Below, in pieces: positions 1 through 8,673 of a stretch of DNA of 32,000 bases. The notes beneath the pieces were generated by a model. It had not been told where the DNA came from. It saw only the letters and a program-made list of their open reading frames with translations, and did no database searches. Numbering within the stretch: the first letter of the stretch is position 1; each line of letters starts with the position of its first letter. A program made the position numbers and the translations under genes. The stretch is from Desulfobulbus propionicus DSM 2032 (lineage in GTDB: Bacteria > Desulfobacterota > Desulfobulbia > Desulfobulbales > Desulfobulbaceae), in assembly GCF_000186885.1 (NCBI RefSeq), contig NC_014972.1:2790001-2822000 (forward strand). Direction: 5' to 3'.

Positions 1-2049
1 GCTGGCAGTACCCGTGATAAACGAATCCCAGGCCGAGGTCAGCCCGCCGGCGATCTGCTCGCCAATGTTCTCGCCGATGTAGATCATGACCTCGGCATCG
101 GTCTGCATCTTCTCCCTGGCCTTTTGAAATCCCAGAGAAAGCGCGGCCCCCATGTCGTCGCCGGCGGCAATCAGCTTCTCCCGCATCTCGTCGGCGGTGA
201 TCACGCCGGCGGCACCGGCGGCACGCACAGCCGCCCTGTACTGCTCAACCGAAGCCTGGCCGCGCCTCCACGCCTGTTCAACCTCGGCCATCCGTTCAGT
301 GGCCACCTGGGCCAGGTCCTCATGTTCCTGCTTGACCGCGTCGACCTGCATGGCGGCCAGTTCCGACTGAGCGCGGATGATATCGGCCTGGCTGGTGTTG
401 GAATCGGGCCGTGCGGCATCGACCTTCATGGCCTCGATTTCCTGACGCTTGAGGCTGAGGCGTTCCGCCATGATCTTTTTATCAATCGCCAGTTCCGCCT
501 CTGCCCGGGCCAGCTTGGTGCCGAGCTTCTCCGCCTCCAGTTTTTCCAGCTCCAGGGCGAGGATCTTCTCCTGGGAGGCGGCCCGCATTTTCTCGGACGC
601 GATCTTTCTTTGCTCCTCGTACTCCTTCTTGGCCTCGGTGGCGGCCTTCTTGGCGGCGGCTGCCGCTTCACGCTTGGCTTTCCCCTCCTCCTTGGAGGAC
701 TTTGTGGCAGCCTGCGAGGCAGCGGTCTGGACTCGGAACTGGGCCAGGGCCTCGACATTGGCTGCCTTCCTGGCTTTCTCCTTTTCCTCGAAAGCTACCC
801 GTTCGAGCATCGCCTGGGTGCGCTGATCCGCCGCCGCCTTGGCCGTGGCATCACGTTGCGCAAGGATGGAGTCAACCGAGGCGTCACGGGCCTGGTTGGC
901 AATCTTCAGTTCCCTGTCCAGATCGCTGGCAATCTGCCCGACATCGTAGGTGTCTCCCTGGGTGAACATCGCCGCGATGGTGAGCTTGAACGCCCTGGCC
1001 CGCGCCATCACCTTGTCGAACTCAGCAGCAACGTAGACGGTCACCAGGCCGATGAAGGCACGGACATTCTCCGGGAACCGTTCAAAGGCGTGAATCAACT
1101 CATCCACAACCTCCTGGCCTTGTTGGCCCAGATCCCCGGTAAAATCGCTCCACCAGCCACCAACAATATCGATGGTCTTTTTGATATCGTCCCCCCAGCC
1201 GGCAAACTGGGTGACAATGGCCCGGAGATAGCCTTCCAGCTGCCCCGAGGCGATCATGGCATTCAGCTCTTCCAGGGCATTGATACCAACTTGCACCCCA
1301 TCGGCGATCATGTTGCCGATTCCTGCCCGGGAGATGTTGAGGAAAACCTTGTTCCACTCATCAGCAAAATTCGACAGCTTGCCGTCGAGTTTTGCCATCC
1401 GGTTGGCCATGGCATCGCCGAAGTTGGTCTCGCCCAGCTTGATCAGATACTCCTCGATCTCCTTGGCGTTCTTGCCCACCGTGGTGGTGACTCCGCGAAA
1501 GGTGAAGCTGACCTTGTCGCCCTCGGAGCTGGCCTTGATGCCGAACTCCTTCAAGCGCTCGAACTCACCGGTGGCGGCATCGGCCACCGCCTCGATCATC
1601 TGGTTGAGATCCTTGCCCATCGATGCCGAAGTGTTGCCATAACTGGTCAAGGCCCGCTCCGATGGATCGAGCCCCATGTTCACCAGCTTGACAAATGCCT
1701 CAGACACCTGCGCCAAGTCGTATGGAGTCTTGGCGGCAAAGTCCTGGATGGCGGCAAAGGCAACCTCCGACTTCTCGGCGCTGCCGGTGGCTGTGATCAG
1801 GCCGGAGCTGATCTTGTCGAACTCGCGGGAGACAGTGACCAGCTTCTGCAGGCCAGCGGCGGCGGAGACCGTGGCGCCCAGGGCACGGAGCAGACCGCTC
1901 ACCGAGGACGTCAGGCCGTTGATGCCGGCATCGGCGCCCTTTGCTCCTGAGACAAAGGATTTGATCGCTCCCAGGGCACGATTGAACCCAGCCGTCAGCC
2001 CACGGTCGACCGCGCTGAGGACGATCTCTATTCTAGACTGGTTCGCCAT
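1..2049 (-). CDS. Tail tape-measure protein, N-terminal part (gene runs off the window)
   Basis: Absent from the ORF track because it is truncated by the window edge. My minus-strand translation from the ATG at 2049 reads MANQSRIEIVLSAVDRGLTAGFNRALG...SREFDKISSGLITATGSAEKSEVAFAAIQDFAAKTPYDLAQVSEAFVKLVNMGLDP, a typical conserved tape-measure N-terminal region. It lies directly after the chaperone gene. Confidence 0.85.
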   Translation of the reverse strand, partial: MANQSRIEIVLSAVDRGLTAGFNRALGAIKSFVSGAKGADAGINGLTSSVSGLLRALGATVSAAAGLQKLVTVSREFDKISSGLITATGSAEKSEVAFAAIQDFAAKTPYDLAQVSEAFVKLVNMGLDPSERALTSYGNTSASMGKDLNQMIEAVADAATGEFERLKEFGIKASSEGDKVSFTFRGVTTTVGKNAKEIEEYLIKLGETNFGDAMANRMAKLDGKLSNFADEWNKVFLNISRAGIGNMIADGVQVGINALEELNAMIASGQLEGYLRAIVTQFAGWGDDIKKTIDIVGGWWSDFTGDLGQQGQEVVDELIHAFERFPENVRAFIGLVTVYVAAEFDKVMARARAFKLTIAAMFTQGDTYDVGQIASDLDRELKIANQARDASVDSILAQRDATAKAAADQRTQAMLERVAFEEKEKARKAANVEALAQFRVQTAASQAATKSSKEEGKAKREAAAAAKKAATEAKKEYEEQRKIASEKMRAASQEKILALELEKLEAEKLGTKLARAEAELAIDKKIMAERLSLKRQEIEAMKVDAARPDSNTSQADIIRAQSELAAMQVDAVKQEHEDLAQVATERMAEVEQAWRRGQASVEQYRAAVRAAGAAGVITADEMREKLIAAGDDMGAALSLGFQKAREKMQTDAEVMIYIGENIGEQIAGGLTSAWDSFITGTAS

Positions 2050-2078
2050 CTACTTGCCTGTCAGTGCCGCCAATGCTC

Positions 2079-2504
2079 TCAGGAAGAAGCCGTAGCCGTA
2101 GTCCCAGACAAGGGGACCGTGGCCGGCGGTAATGAGGAGGCAAATTGCTCGGTCGAAATCTGCCCTATCCTGGACATTGCCTCGCGGAGTTCTCCCTCCA
2201 GAACCGGCTTCAGGCCGTCGATCAGGATATCGATCAGGCCGATCCGCCGGACCACTCCCAAAAAAGCGGCGTTGACCTCCTCAAAGCCTTGCCACAACTC
2301 CTCAATCTCCGAGGGATAGAGGTCGAGCAGGGCCTCGGCGGACAATTCCGGGCATGCCATGGCCAGCAGCCCCTGGCACCGGTTGAGTGCAGTTGCGGAT
2401 ATCTGCGCATCCTCGCCGTTGATCAGCTCCCAGATGGCTCGGGTCGGCAATTCCTTCAGAGTGAACGACCGCTGGCCGATCTGGATGGTTTTCGTTTTTT
2501 GCAT
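2079..2504 (-). CDS. Tail assembly chaperone (gpG/gpT-like by position)
   Basis: 141-aa ORF located between the tail tube and tape-measure genes. The call rests on synteny only. Confidence 0.55.
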   Translation of the reverse strand: MQKTKTIQIGQRSFTLKELPTRAIWELINGEDAQISATALNRCQGLLAMACPELSAEALLDLYPSEIEELWQGFEEVNAAFLGVVRRIGLIDILIDGLKPVLEGELREAMSRIGQISTEQFASSLPPATVPLSGTTATASS

Positions 2505-2545
2505 GTTTTCTCTTTCTCCTTCATCGAACCTGACGGTTCAAATGA

Positions 2546-3283
2546 TCAGATCAGCTCAAACGGCCAGGACTTGCCGGCCGGGGTGATCATCTTGCCGCTG
2601 AAGGCCAGCTCCGGGAATCCTCCTTGCGCCAGCAAGTCGAAATCGCCATCGGCGCGGATCTGCGCCTGCCAGACTCGCAGCTTGACTTCATTCCCCTCGA
2701 CATAGTTCTTTCCGTCGAGATACAAGCCGACATTGATAACCGGAGAGGTGGCACCGGTGATTTTGAATCCACTGGCAGCGGCCTTGTCGCCACTGATATG
2801 CAATGTGTCTCCGTCGATCGCCGAGCTGAGAACACGGATCATGCCCATGCTGGTGTTGACTTCGTAATCCGTATTCGCGATGTAGGTCGTGGTATCGGTC
2901 TCATCCTTGACCGTGCAGGTGGTCAGATCGTTATGGCCGATGGGCACCCACTTATTGAGGATGCCGGTAATGGTCGCTGTATACGTTCCCGATGCGGCCG
3001 TGATATCCACGGCCGAGCCCATGAAGTAGGCTGCCACGATTTTGGGATCGTAGATGTTCAGGGAAAAGGAGATAGTGGCATCGGAGATCCTGGTGAACGA
3101 TTTTCCGATTTGCCCCAGGGTGTACTTGCCGTTTAGCTTTGCATCCAGGGTCTCTGTTTCCACCTTGGGAATCAGTTTGGTGGCGTTGCCGACCAGCTCA
3201 AAACCGGTCGAGACACCGGCAGCGGTGAGAAAATCGAAGTAGAGATCCCCACCGAGGATCATGCCTTGTTGTGCGGATTGCAT
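2546..3283 (-). CDS. Major tail (tube) protein, siphovirus type
   Basis: 245-aa ORF immediately upstream of the chaperone and tape-measure genes. It is rich in Thr/Gly beta-type sequence, as tail tube proteins usually are. Confidence 0.65.
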   Translation of the reverse strand: MQSAQQGMILGGDLYFDFLTAAGVSTGFELVGNATKLIPKVETETLDAKLNGKYTLGQIGKSFTRISDATISFSLNIYDPKIVAAYFMGSAVDITAASGTYTATITGILNKWVPIGHNDLTTCTVKDETDTTTYIANTDYEVNTSMGMIRVLSSAIDGDTLHISGDKAAASGFKITGATSPVINVGLYLDGKNYVEGNEVKLRVWQAQIRADGDFDLLAQGGFPELAFSGKMITPAGKSWPFELI

Positions 3284-3310
3284 AGATGCCTCCTGGCCGC
3301 TTGGCCGTGG

Positions 3311-3709
3311 TTATAAAATCTTCTCCGGGACGACCTGCATGGTCACCCGGACGGTATAGATGAGCAGGGCTTCCTCTACCCCCTCGTAGCGGATCCGGGT
3401 CACGGTCGAGGGCAAACAACCCTGCGCTGCTGGCCGCCAGTCGGTGAGAGCCGGCCGGACCTGGTCGACCAGGTCATCCATCAAAGCCTGACCCTTGACC
3501 GGATCCAGATAACTGACCAGAAGCGCAATCTCCCATGTGAGCCGCCGCATGGCATAGGGCGAGTCGGTCACCTGTTCGTCGTCATAGAGGAAGAACACCG
3601 CCGAGGGCGGCGACTGCAGCGCCCGTTTGCTGAAGCCCCGTTCCACGGCCTTGAATGCGTCCAGCCCTTCAAGTCGGGCCTGAATGGCATTGCCGATGGT
3701 GGCCAGCAT
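3311..3709 (-). CDS. Mu gp37-like head-tail/tail completion protein
   Basis: 132 aa. The N-terminus MLATIGNAIQARLEGL resembles FluMu gp37-family proteins. It follows the gp36-like gene, and its start overlaps that gene's stop. Confidence 0.55.
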   Translation of the reverse strand: MLATIGNAIQARLEGLDAFKAVERGFSKRALQSPPSAVFFLYDDEQVTDSPYAMRRLTWEIALLVSYLDPVKGQALMDDLVDQVRPALTDWRPAAQGCLPSTVTRIRYEGVEEALLIYTVRVTMQVVPEKIL

Positions 3710-4140
3710 CAGAGCCCCCTCATGGTGGTGCGGGTAAACAGCCGCTCGCTGCCCGGGGTGAGTCCGCTCAGGCTCTCGGTCGCAGTCGTGATCAATGCGG
3801 CATCGGCCCCCATGGAGGCCTCGCCGGTCTGCACCCGCTTGAGATAGGCAAGGGCCTGAGTCTGCCGATCCTTGACCGCCTGAGGCACCTCCACATGGGG
3901 CCGCCGGGAATAGAGGTTGTAGATGGCCAGGTCGACCGCGAAGGTAACCGCCAGCCCGGGTACCGGATAGAACGGCAGCTGGTAGCGGTCATGGCAATGG
4001 GCATCGATCAGGGCATCGGCGCCATTCAAGGCCCAATCGACCACGTCGGTATCAACCGTTCCGCTCTGGACGTCATCGGTCAGGGCAATCAGGTCCGACT
4101 CGGCCATCTGTTCCAGGATGTCGGCCAAGGTGGCGTACAT
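3709..4140 (-). CDS. Mu gp36-like protein (DUF1320 family, head-tail connector)
   Basis: 143 aa. The sequence MYATLADILEQMAESDLIALTDD...IDAHCHDRYQLPF...DLAIYNLYSRR fits the DUF1320/gp36 pattern. It is in the syntenic position. Confidence 0.7.
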   Translation of the reverse strand: MYATLADILEQMAESDLIALTDDVQSGTVDTDVVDWALNGADALIDAHCHDRYQLPFYPVPGLAVTFAVDLAIYNLYSRRPHVEVPQAVKDRQTQALAYLKRVQTGEASMGADAALITTATESLSGLTPGSERLFTRTTMRGL

Positions 4141-4427
4141 CAGCTATTGCCTCCTGCTGGGGAATTATTGTTCTTCGAGTCCTCGGCGCCGTTCGTCGTG
4201 CCGTCTCCCGGAGCATTGCCTTCCGGCTCTTTGTCCTTGCCGTTCTTGCCCTTTGATCCCTTGGTCTCCTTGGGGGCTTCCGAAACCGTGACCACCAACA
4301 TTGGCTCCTTCTGCAAGGTCTTGAGTTCCTCGGTGGTGAATCGGTCATCCTCATAGGTGATCGGTGTCTGGCTATGGGCCAGACCGCACCGGCGGAAGCC
4401 CTCTTTCTTGCTCGTAATCGTGATCAT
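4140..4427 (-). CDS. FluMu HI1506-like N-terminal domain protein with a Lys/Gly-rich tail
   Basis: 95 aa. The segment ITSKKEGFRRCGLAHSQTPITYEDDRFTTEELKTLQKEPMLVV matches the Mu-like prophage small-protein motif found downstream of the major head gene. Confidence 0.55.
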   Translation of the reverse strand: MITITSKKEGFRRCGLAHSQTPITYEDDRFTTEELKTLQKEPMLVVTVSEAPKETKGSKGKNGKDKEPEGNAPGDGTTNGAEDSKNNNSPAGGNS

Positions 4428-4466
4428 GCCGTTGTCTCCTTGATCGCTTGAAATTCAGGCCCTGGA

Positions 4467-5360
4467 TCAGGCCAGCCACGGCACCTTGAGCAGGTCGACC
4501 GCCTTGTAGTTGGTGTTGGAATCACCGCCGTTGATCAGCTGGGCCTCGATGATCTTCTTGGCCTTGCTGTAGTTGGACGGTCCAACCACCAGCAGGTTGG
4601 GCACCACGCCCAAGGGCTCACCCCAATCCTTCTTGAAGGCACCCATGGCGTCATAGGCGGCCTCGAAGTTGGTCGCATCCAGGGTGGCCTTGGACCCGAA
4701 GGCCATCTGCCAGAAACCGAAGCCGACGTTGCAGCGCGAGTCGACCCCGTAAAGGAAGGTCTTGCGCATGAACACGTTCTCATCGCGCTCCTGATTGAGC
4801 AGCACGAAGTTGGCCGCCTTGCGATCCTGGAAGATGATAGGTTTCAGGGGCCGGCGGGTATCGAGCAGGAACCAGGGGTTGCCCGATCCGGACTGGACGT
4901 TGGAGACCGAGGTGACGTTGCCATCCGCATCGAGCACCGGGTGATCCGAATCAAAGAAGTACTGGCCGTCATAACAGGGGGTGGCAAATCCCGCCGTCAT
5001 GAGGGCAAAGACCAGCTTGTCCGGATGGATCCGGGCCTCAAACCCCATGTTCTCCATCATGGGGGCGTAGATGCCGTACTGATCGTCTTCGATCCGGTCG
5101 CGATCCACGCCCACGGTCAACTCGAACGACTTGTTCTTGATCGAGTAGTCGTGCATGCTCAGGTTGTTGATGTGGCGATCGCCCACCCATTCCCGCATGC
5201 CCGGGATCTCGCCGATCCAACCGTAATCCTCGATCAGGGTGGTGGAGGGCACCCGGGTCGCCACCTGCTGCCATTGGGACTCGGCGTTGTCGAAGCCCCG
5301 CTGGTAGACCGCCTTGAAACCGCGATACATGCCGGCCAGGTTGCTGCTGTTAATGATCAT
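4467..5360 (-). CDS. Major head subunit, Mu gpT family
   Basis: 297 aa. The segment YGWIGEIPGMREWVGDRHINNLSMHDYSIKNKSFE closely parallels the Mu/FluMu gpT signature region. Confidence 0.9.
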   Translation of the reverse strand: MIINSSNLAGMYRGFKAVYQRGFDNAESQWQQVATRVPSTTLIEDYGWIGEIPGMREWVGDRHINNLSMHDYSIKNKSFELTVGVDRDRIEDDQYGIYAPMMENMGFEARIHPDKLVFALMTAGFATPCYDGQYFFDSDHPVLDADGNVTSVSNVQSGSGNPWFLLDTRRPLKPIIFQDRKAANFVLLNQERDENVFMRKTFLYGVDSRCNVGFGFWQMAFGSKATLDATNFEAAYDAMGAFKKDWGEPLGVVPNLLVVGPSNYSKAKKIIEAQLINGGDSNTNYKAVDLLKVPWLA

Positions 5361-5393
5361 GAGTTGTTCTCCTCAGAAGTTGATGAATGTCGG

Positions 5394-5801
5394 TTAGCGC
5401 AGGTCGACCCAGACGCCCTGGCTGTCGACGTCAAAGACCTTGCCGGCCACGGACCGGGTCGAACTGCCGTTGGTCTTGGCCACGGTCTGGTCATCGACGA
5501 TGTAGCAGTCGTTACCGATATCGGCGGTGGTGATGGCATCGGTGGCGGTCGAGTTGGCAAACTGAAAGATGCCTTTGTCGATCTCCACGGTGACCGCCCC
5601 GGCCACGGCGCCGTTGGTCACCTGTTCGGCAAACCTTCCTACGCCTCGCAGGGTGGTGGCGGTGGCGCCGGGGGTAGCCCGGCCATTGGCATCCCGGGCC
5701 GCGAGTCCGCCGGCAAAGCAGATGACCGATGCGGCGACCGGCAGGGTGAGCTTGCGGCCGCTGCGCTCCTTGGTGTCTCTATCCTTGATCAATGCTGCCA
5801 T
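5394..5801 (-). CDS. Small capsid-associated protein (DUF2190-like, putative decoration/scaffold accessory)
   Basis: 135 aa, Gly/Ala/Thr-rich, located between the protease and major head genes as in many Mu-like phages. Confidence 0.5.
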   Translation of the reverse strand: MAALIKDRDTKERSGRKLTLPVAASVICFAGGLAARDANGRATPGATATTLRGVGRFAEQVTNGAVAGAVTVEIDKGIFQFANSTATDAITTADIGNDCYIVDDQTVAKTNGSSTRSVAGKVFDVDSQGVWVDLR

Positions 5802-5831
5802 GGTGTGTTCCTCCTCAAATGATGCCGGCGA

Positions 5832-6806
5832 TTAGACGGCGGCCTTGTGGTATTCTTCTTCCGAAACGCCCAGCCGTTCACAGATGGTCCGCTCGTCGCT
5901 GTTCAGGGCCTTGCTCTCGGCCGGCACCTTCTTGCCGTCCAGACCGGAGGGATCACCGATGACCGGGGCTGCCTTACAGAAGTCGGCGAACCGCTGCAGC
6001 CCGCCTTCCTGCCGGCACTGGGCCTTGTGGTAGTCGACCGTGGCCGGGGTGATCTTGCCCTCGGTCAGCGCTGCATTGATCGCGGTCTCGATCTCGGTTT
6101 CGAGCTGCTCCTGCTTGAGGGCGGTAAGCGATTGCTCGGCATTGGTGGCCCGGGCCAGGGCCGCGTCATAGTCGGAGCGGGGCACAAACTTCTCCAGACT
6201 GGGATTCTCGGCCCGGTTGGTGGCTGTGGCCAGATCGGTTTTGAGAGCCGAGATCTTGGCCAGGGCCTGGTCCTGGGTGGCGTCTTCGGGCAGCGCCAGG
6301 GCTGCCAGCAGTGCTTTGAGCATAGGGGTCTCCTTGGGATCCTGGATCCCGGTGTGATGGTTGAGGGCCTGCAGGTTGAGGTTGGGCCGGTTGGTCAGGG
6401 CCACCGAGGTCAAACCGACGATCAGGCCGTTGTCTTTCTGGTAGAGGATCACGGGGCTCAGGTAGCGGTACTGTTTGCCGCCGACCAGGTCCTTGCCGCT
6501 GGCGTTCCACTCGACCCGGCCCCAAATGACGCCTTCCCGGTTCTGCAACTCCTTGATCCAGCCGGCTGCCGGCGCCGGTTCTCCCAGGGGTGCTTTCAGC
6601 TCGGTGGCATGCTCCAGGTCAATCGGCAGGTCCATGCCTTGGGCAATGAAGGCATCGAGGATCCCTTGGGGGTGGATGTTGTTCCAGGTCCGGCCGTCGC
6701 GTCCCGCAACCCGGCCCGCCGGGATCAATTCCACCCACTCGGGGACCGTGTTGTTTTGGAGCGCGATTTCGGTGCTGTTCAGTGCAATGTGCTGCGTGGT
6801 TGTCAT
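5832..6806 (-). CDS. Mu gpI-like prohead protease/scaffold
   Basis: 324 aa. The segment PEWVELIPAGRVAGRDGRTW...IDLEHATELK...AAGWI...YRYLSPV matches the Mu-like prophage I protein family. A GAGGAAGG ribosome-binding site precedes the ATG. Confidence 0.85.
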   Translation of the reverse strand: MTTTQHIALNSTEIALQNNTVPEWVELIPAGRVAGRDGRTWNNIHPQGILDAFIAQGMDLPIDLEHATELKAPLGEPAPAAGWIKELQNREGVIWGRVEWNASGKDLVGGKQYRYLSPVILYQKDNGLIVGLTSVALTNRPNLNLQALNHHTGIQDPKETPMLKALLAALALPEDATQDQALAKISALKTDLATATNRAENPSLEKFVPRSDYDAALARATNAEQSLTALKQEQLETEIETAINAALTEGKITPATVDYHKAQCRQEGGLQRFADFCKAAPVIGDPSGLDGKKVPAESKALNSDERTICERLGVSEEEYHKAAV

Positions 6807-6939
6807 CCTTCCTCGCTGTTGTCCGGAACCGCGTTTAAAAACCGTTTAAAATTTTCTGTATTCGATTGGCAGGGTGCTGCGCGGCCCATGACCCGTATTG
6901 CCCCGTGAAAGAAAAACAGGCCGTTTTGTTGGCTCGGCC

Positions 6940-7470
6940 TCAAAGGTCGAGCAATCGCTCCCGGATCAGCTCGATCACCATGGTTCGGTCCCGCTCCGCC
7001 AGGTCCATCTCGGTACCCCGGTTGAGCGCCAGGTACGGCCGGGCCGGGATGGTCACCTTGCGTCCGCGTCCGGCCTTGCCGCCCAGCTGGTGGATGGCCG
7101 CGTAGGGGATGTGCCCACCGGTCCCAATGCTGACGCTGGTTCGGCTGGCCTGGCTGTGCACCGACCCCTCCAGGTCACCGTGCTCCCACAGGATCCGCTT
7201 GCCGCTCAGGTAGCGTTTGCCCTTGGCCGAGAGGTAGCCGTTCTTCTTCCAGCCCTTGTTCCTGGCCAGCCCCAGGTGCAAGGTAACCTCCGAGAGCGGT
7301 GCCCAGGGGGTACCGTCCGGTGCGGACTGGGCCTTGAAATTCTCCCGCACCCGCCGCTCGTAGAAGGCACCGATCGCCTGCATGGTGGGTGTCAGGTCGG
7401 CGGCATTGGCCCGCAGTCGATTGAGCAGATTTTGAGTGTCCTGGTCGTTAATTTTGAGACTGATCTCCAT
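6940..7470 (-). CDS. Virion morphogenesis protein, Mu gpG family
   Basis: 176 aa. The segments LTPTMQAIGAFYERRVRENF...DGTPWAPL and IHQLGGKAGRGRKVTIPARPYL are characteristic of gpG/Phage_tail_S. Confidence 0.85.
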   Translation of the reverse strand: MEISLKINDQDTQNLLNRLRANAADLTPTMQAIGAFYERRVRENFKAQSAPDGTPWAPLSEVTLHLGLARNKGWKKNGYLSAKGKRYLSGKRILWEHGDLEGSVHSQASRTSVSIGTGGHIPYAAIHQLGGKAGRGRKVTIPARPYLALNRGTEMDLAERDRTMVIELIRERLLDL

Positions 7471-7754
7471 TGTCAGACAGGTGCTCCGGTCTTATTATTC
7501 AGTTAAGGAATTCGTTGATTGGTTCTTGGAAGAACCAACCTCATCGACGTAATGTTGGATGCGATGAGGGCCAGGTGGTTCCCTCTCCTTCTTCCGCCTG
7601 GGTCAACGGATTTACTCCCGTAAACGATGATCCTCGTTAATCGGTGCGTTCCAAGCCTGCCGACGCTCTGACCAATAGCTGTTGTTGGAGTGCAAGGTGG
7701 GGGACTGGCGGCACGCCGGTTAACGAGTTTTTTTGTGCTATTTTCCCCCCACGC

Positions 7755-8501
7755 TCATCGAGCGATCCACTCTTCCAGCCCCATCTGCATGATCAGCTGC
7801 ATCCAGGCCTCGGCGATATCGTCGGGCAACCGCTGCATCTTCTCCAGCATGGCATCGGCCAGGTGCTCCTTGCCGGCCGTGGCCACGTTGTAATCCCAGC
7901 CCTTGTCGGGCAGGTCCTGCCAGTTTGCCGGCCGTGTTCTCTGTTCGGACCTGGCCGTCTCGTACTCGGCCCTGGTGGCAGCCACCACCCGGCACTTGCA
8001 GCCCCAGCCGTTGGGCGGATAGTTGATCTGCCAGAACGGATCGGTACGGGGCAGGATGATGCCGTCCATGGCCAGGTGGTTGGGCCGGGGATTGCGCACG
8101 CCATCGTTGTGCACGTATTTCAAGAAATCGATCCCAGCCGTTTCAAACTGCTGCCAGCGTCCGGCCTGGTAAGCGGTGTTGATGTTGGTCCGCCAGATCA
8201 AATCTGATCGCCAGGCAGGTCCACCGCCCTGGAGCTGCCAGCCATAGCGCTGTACCAAGGGTCGGAACTGCTGGCGGAACTCCCGGATGTCCATGCCTCC
8301 GGCAATGGCCCTGTCGGTCATCTGCCGCAATTCGTTCAAGAGGTCTGCCTGGTAGGCCCCGGCGCTCATGAACCCCTTGCCGTGTGCTTCGCCGGCCAGC
8401 TCATCCCACTTGGTCGTGGGGATATTGAGCTTGTCCCTGAACCAGGCACTGGCCTCGGCAAAGGGCAGGCGGAAAATCTGTTCGAACTCAGCGCTGTCCA
8501 T
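7755..8501 (-). CDS. Head morphogenesis protein, Mu gpF / SPP1 gp7 family
   Basis: 248 aa. The segment RTNINTAYQAGRWQQF...YVHNDGVRNPRPNHLAMDGIILP...PPNGWGCKCRV is the Phage_Mu_F signature. Confidence 0.85.
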   Translation of the reverse strand: MDSAEFEQIFRLPFAEASAWFRDKLNIPTTKWDELAGEAHGKGFMSAGAYQADLLNELRQMTDRAIAGGMDIREFRQQFRPLVQRYGWQLQGGGPAWRSDLIWRTNINTAYQAGRWQQFETAGIDFLKYVHNDGVRNPRPNHLAMDGIILPRTDPFWQINYPPNGWGCKCRVVAATRAEYETARSEQRTRPANWQDLPDKGWDYNVATAGKEHLADAMLEKMQRLPDDIAEAWMQLIMQMGLEEWIAR

Positions 8502-8673
8502 GGTCGTGATACGGTTGTTCCCTGGCCAATCGCTCCAGTTCCCGCCAGTCGGCCGTCATTCGGGTCTCGGAAACCACAACCGGGCCTTCCTGGAAAAGCG
8601 GGCCGGCCAGGTACAGTCCCAAGATGACCGCCAGGAGCAGCAGGCCCGTCTGGATGCAACTCCAGGGGCTCAC
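8488..8673 (-). CDS. Possible small membrane protein (GTG start overlapping the portal stop)
   Basis: The GTG at 8673 overlaps the portal TGA as GTGA. The 61-aa frame VSPWSCIQTGLLLLAVILGLYLAGPLF... has one hydrophobic helix and fills the otherwise empty portal-gpF gap. Confidence 0.3.
   Translation of the reverse strand: MSPWSCIQTGLLLLAVILGLYLAGPLFQEGPVVVSETRMTADWRELERLAREQPYHDHGQR

Noticed and set aside
124-1950. 608-aa plus-strand ORF, the longest in this region of the track
   Set aside because: Its translation is low-complexity Gly/Leu/Arg-rich sequence typical of the antisense frame of a GC-rich gene. The minus strand encodes a clear tape-measure protein (ATG at 2049), which the track missed only because it runs off the window.
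6807-6939. Anti-CRISPR/aca locus at the gpG-gpI junction, its location in Pseudomonas Mu-like phages
   Set aside because: The gap is only 133 bp and contains no ORF with a start and ribosome-binding site. Only repeat and hairpin elements are present.
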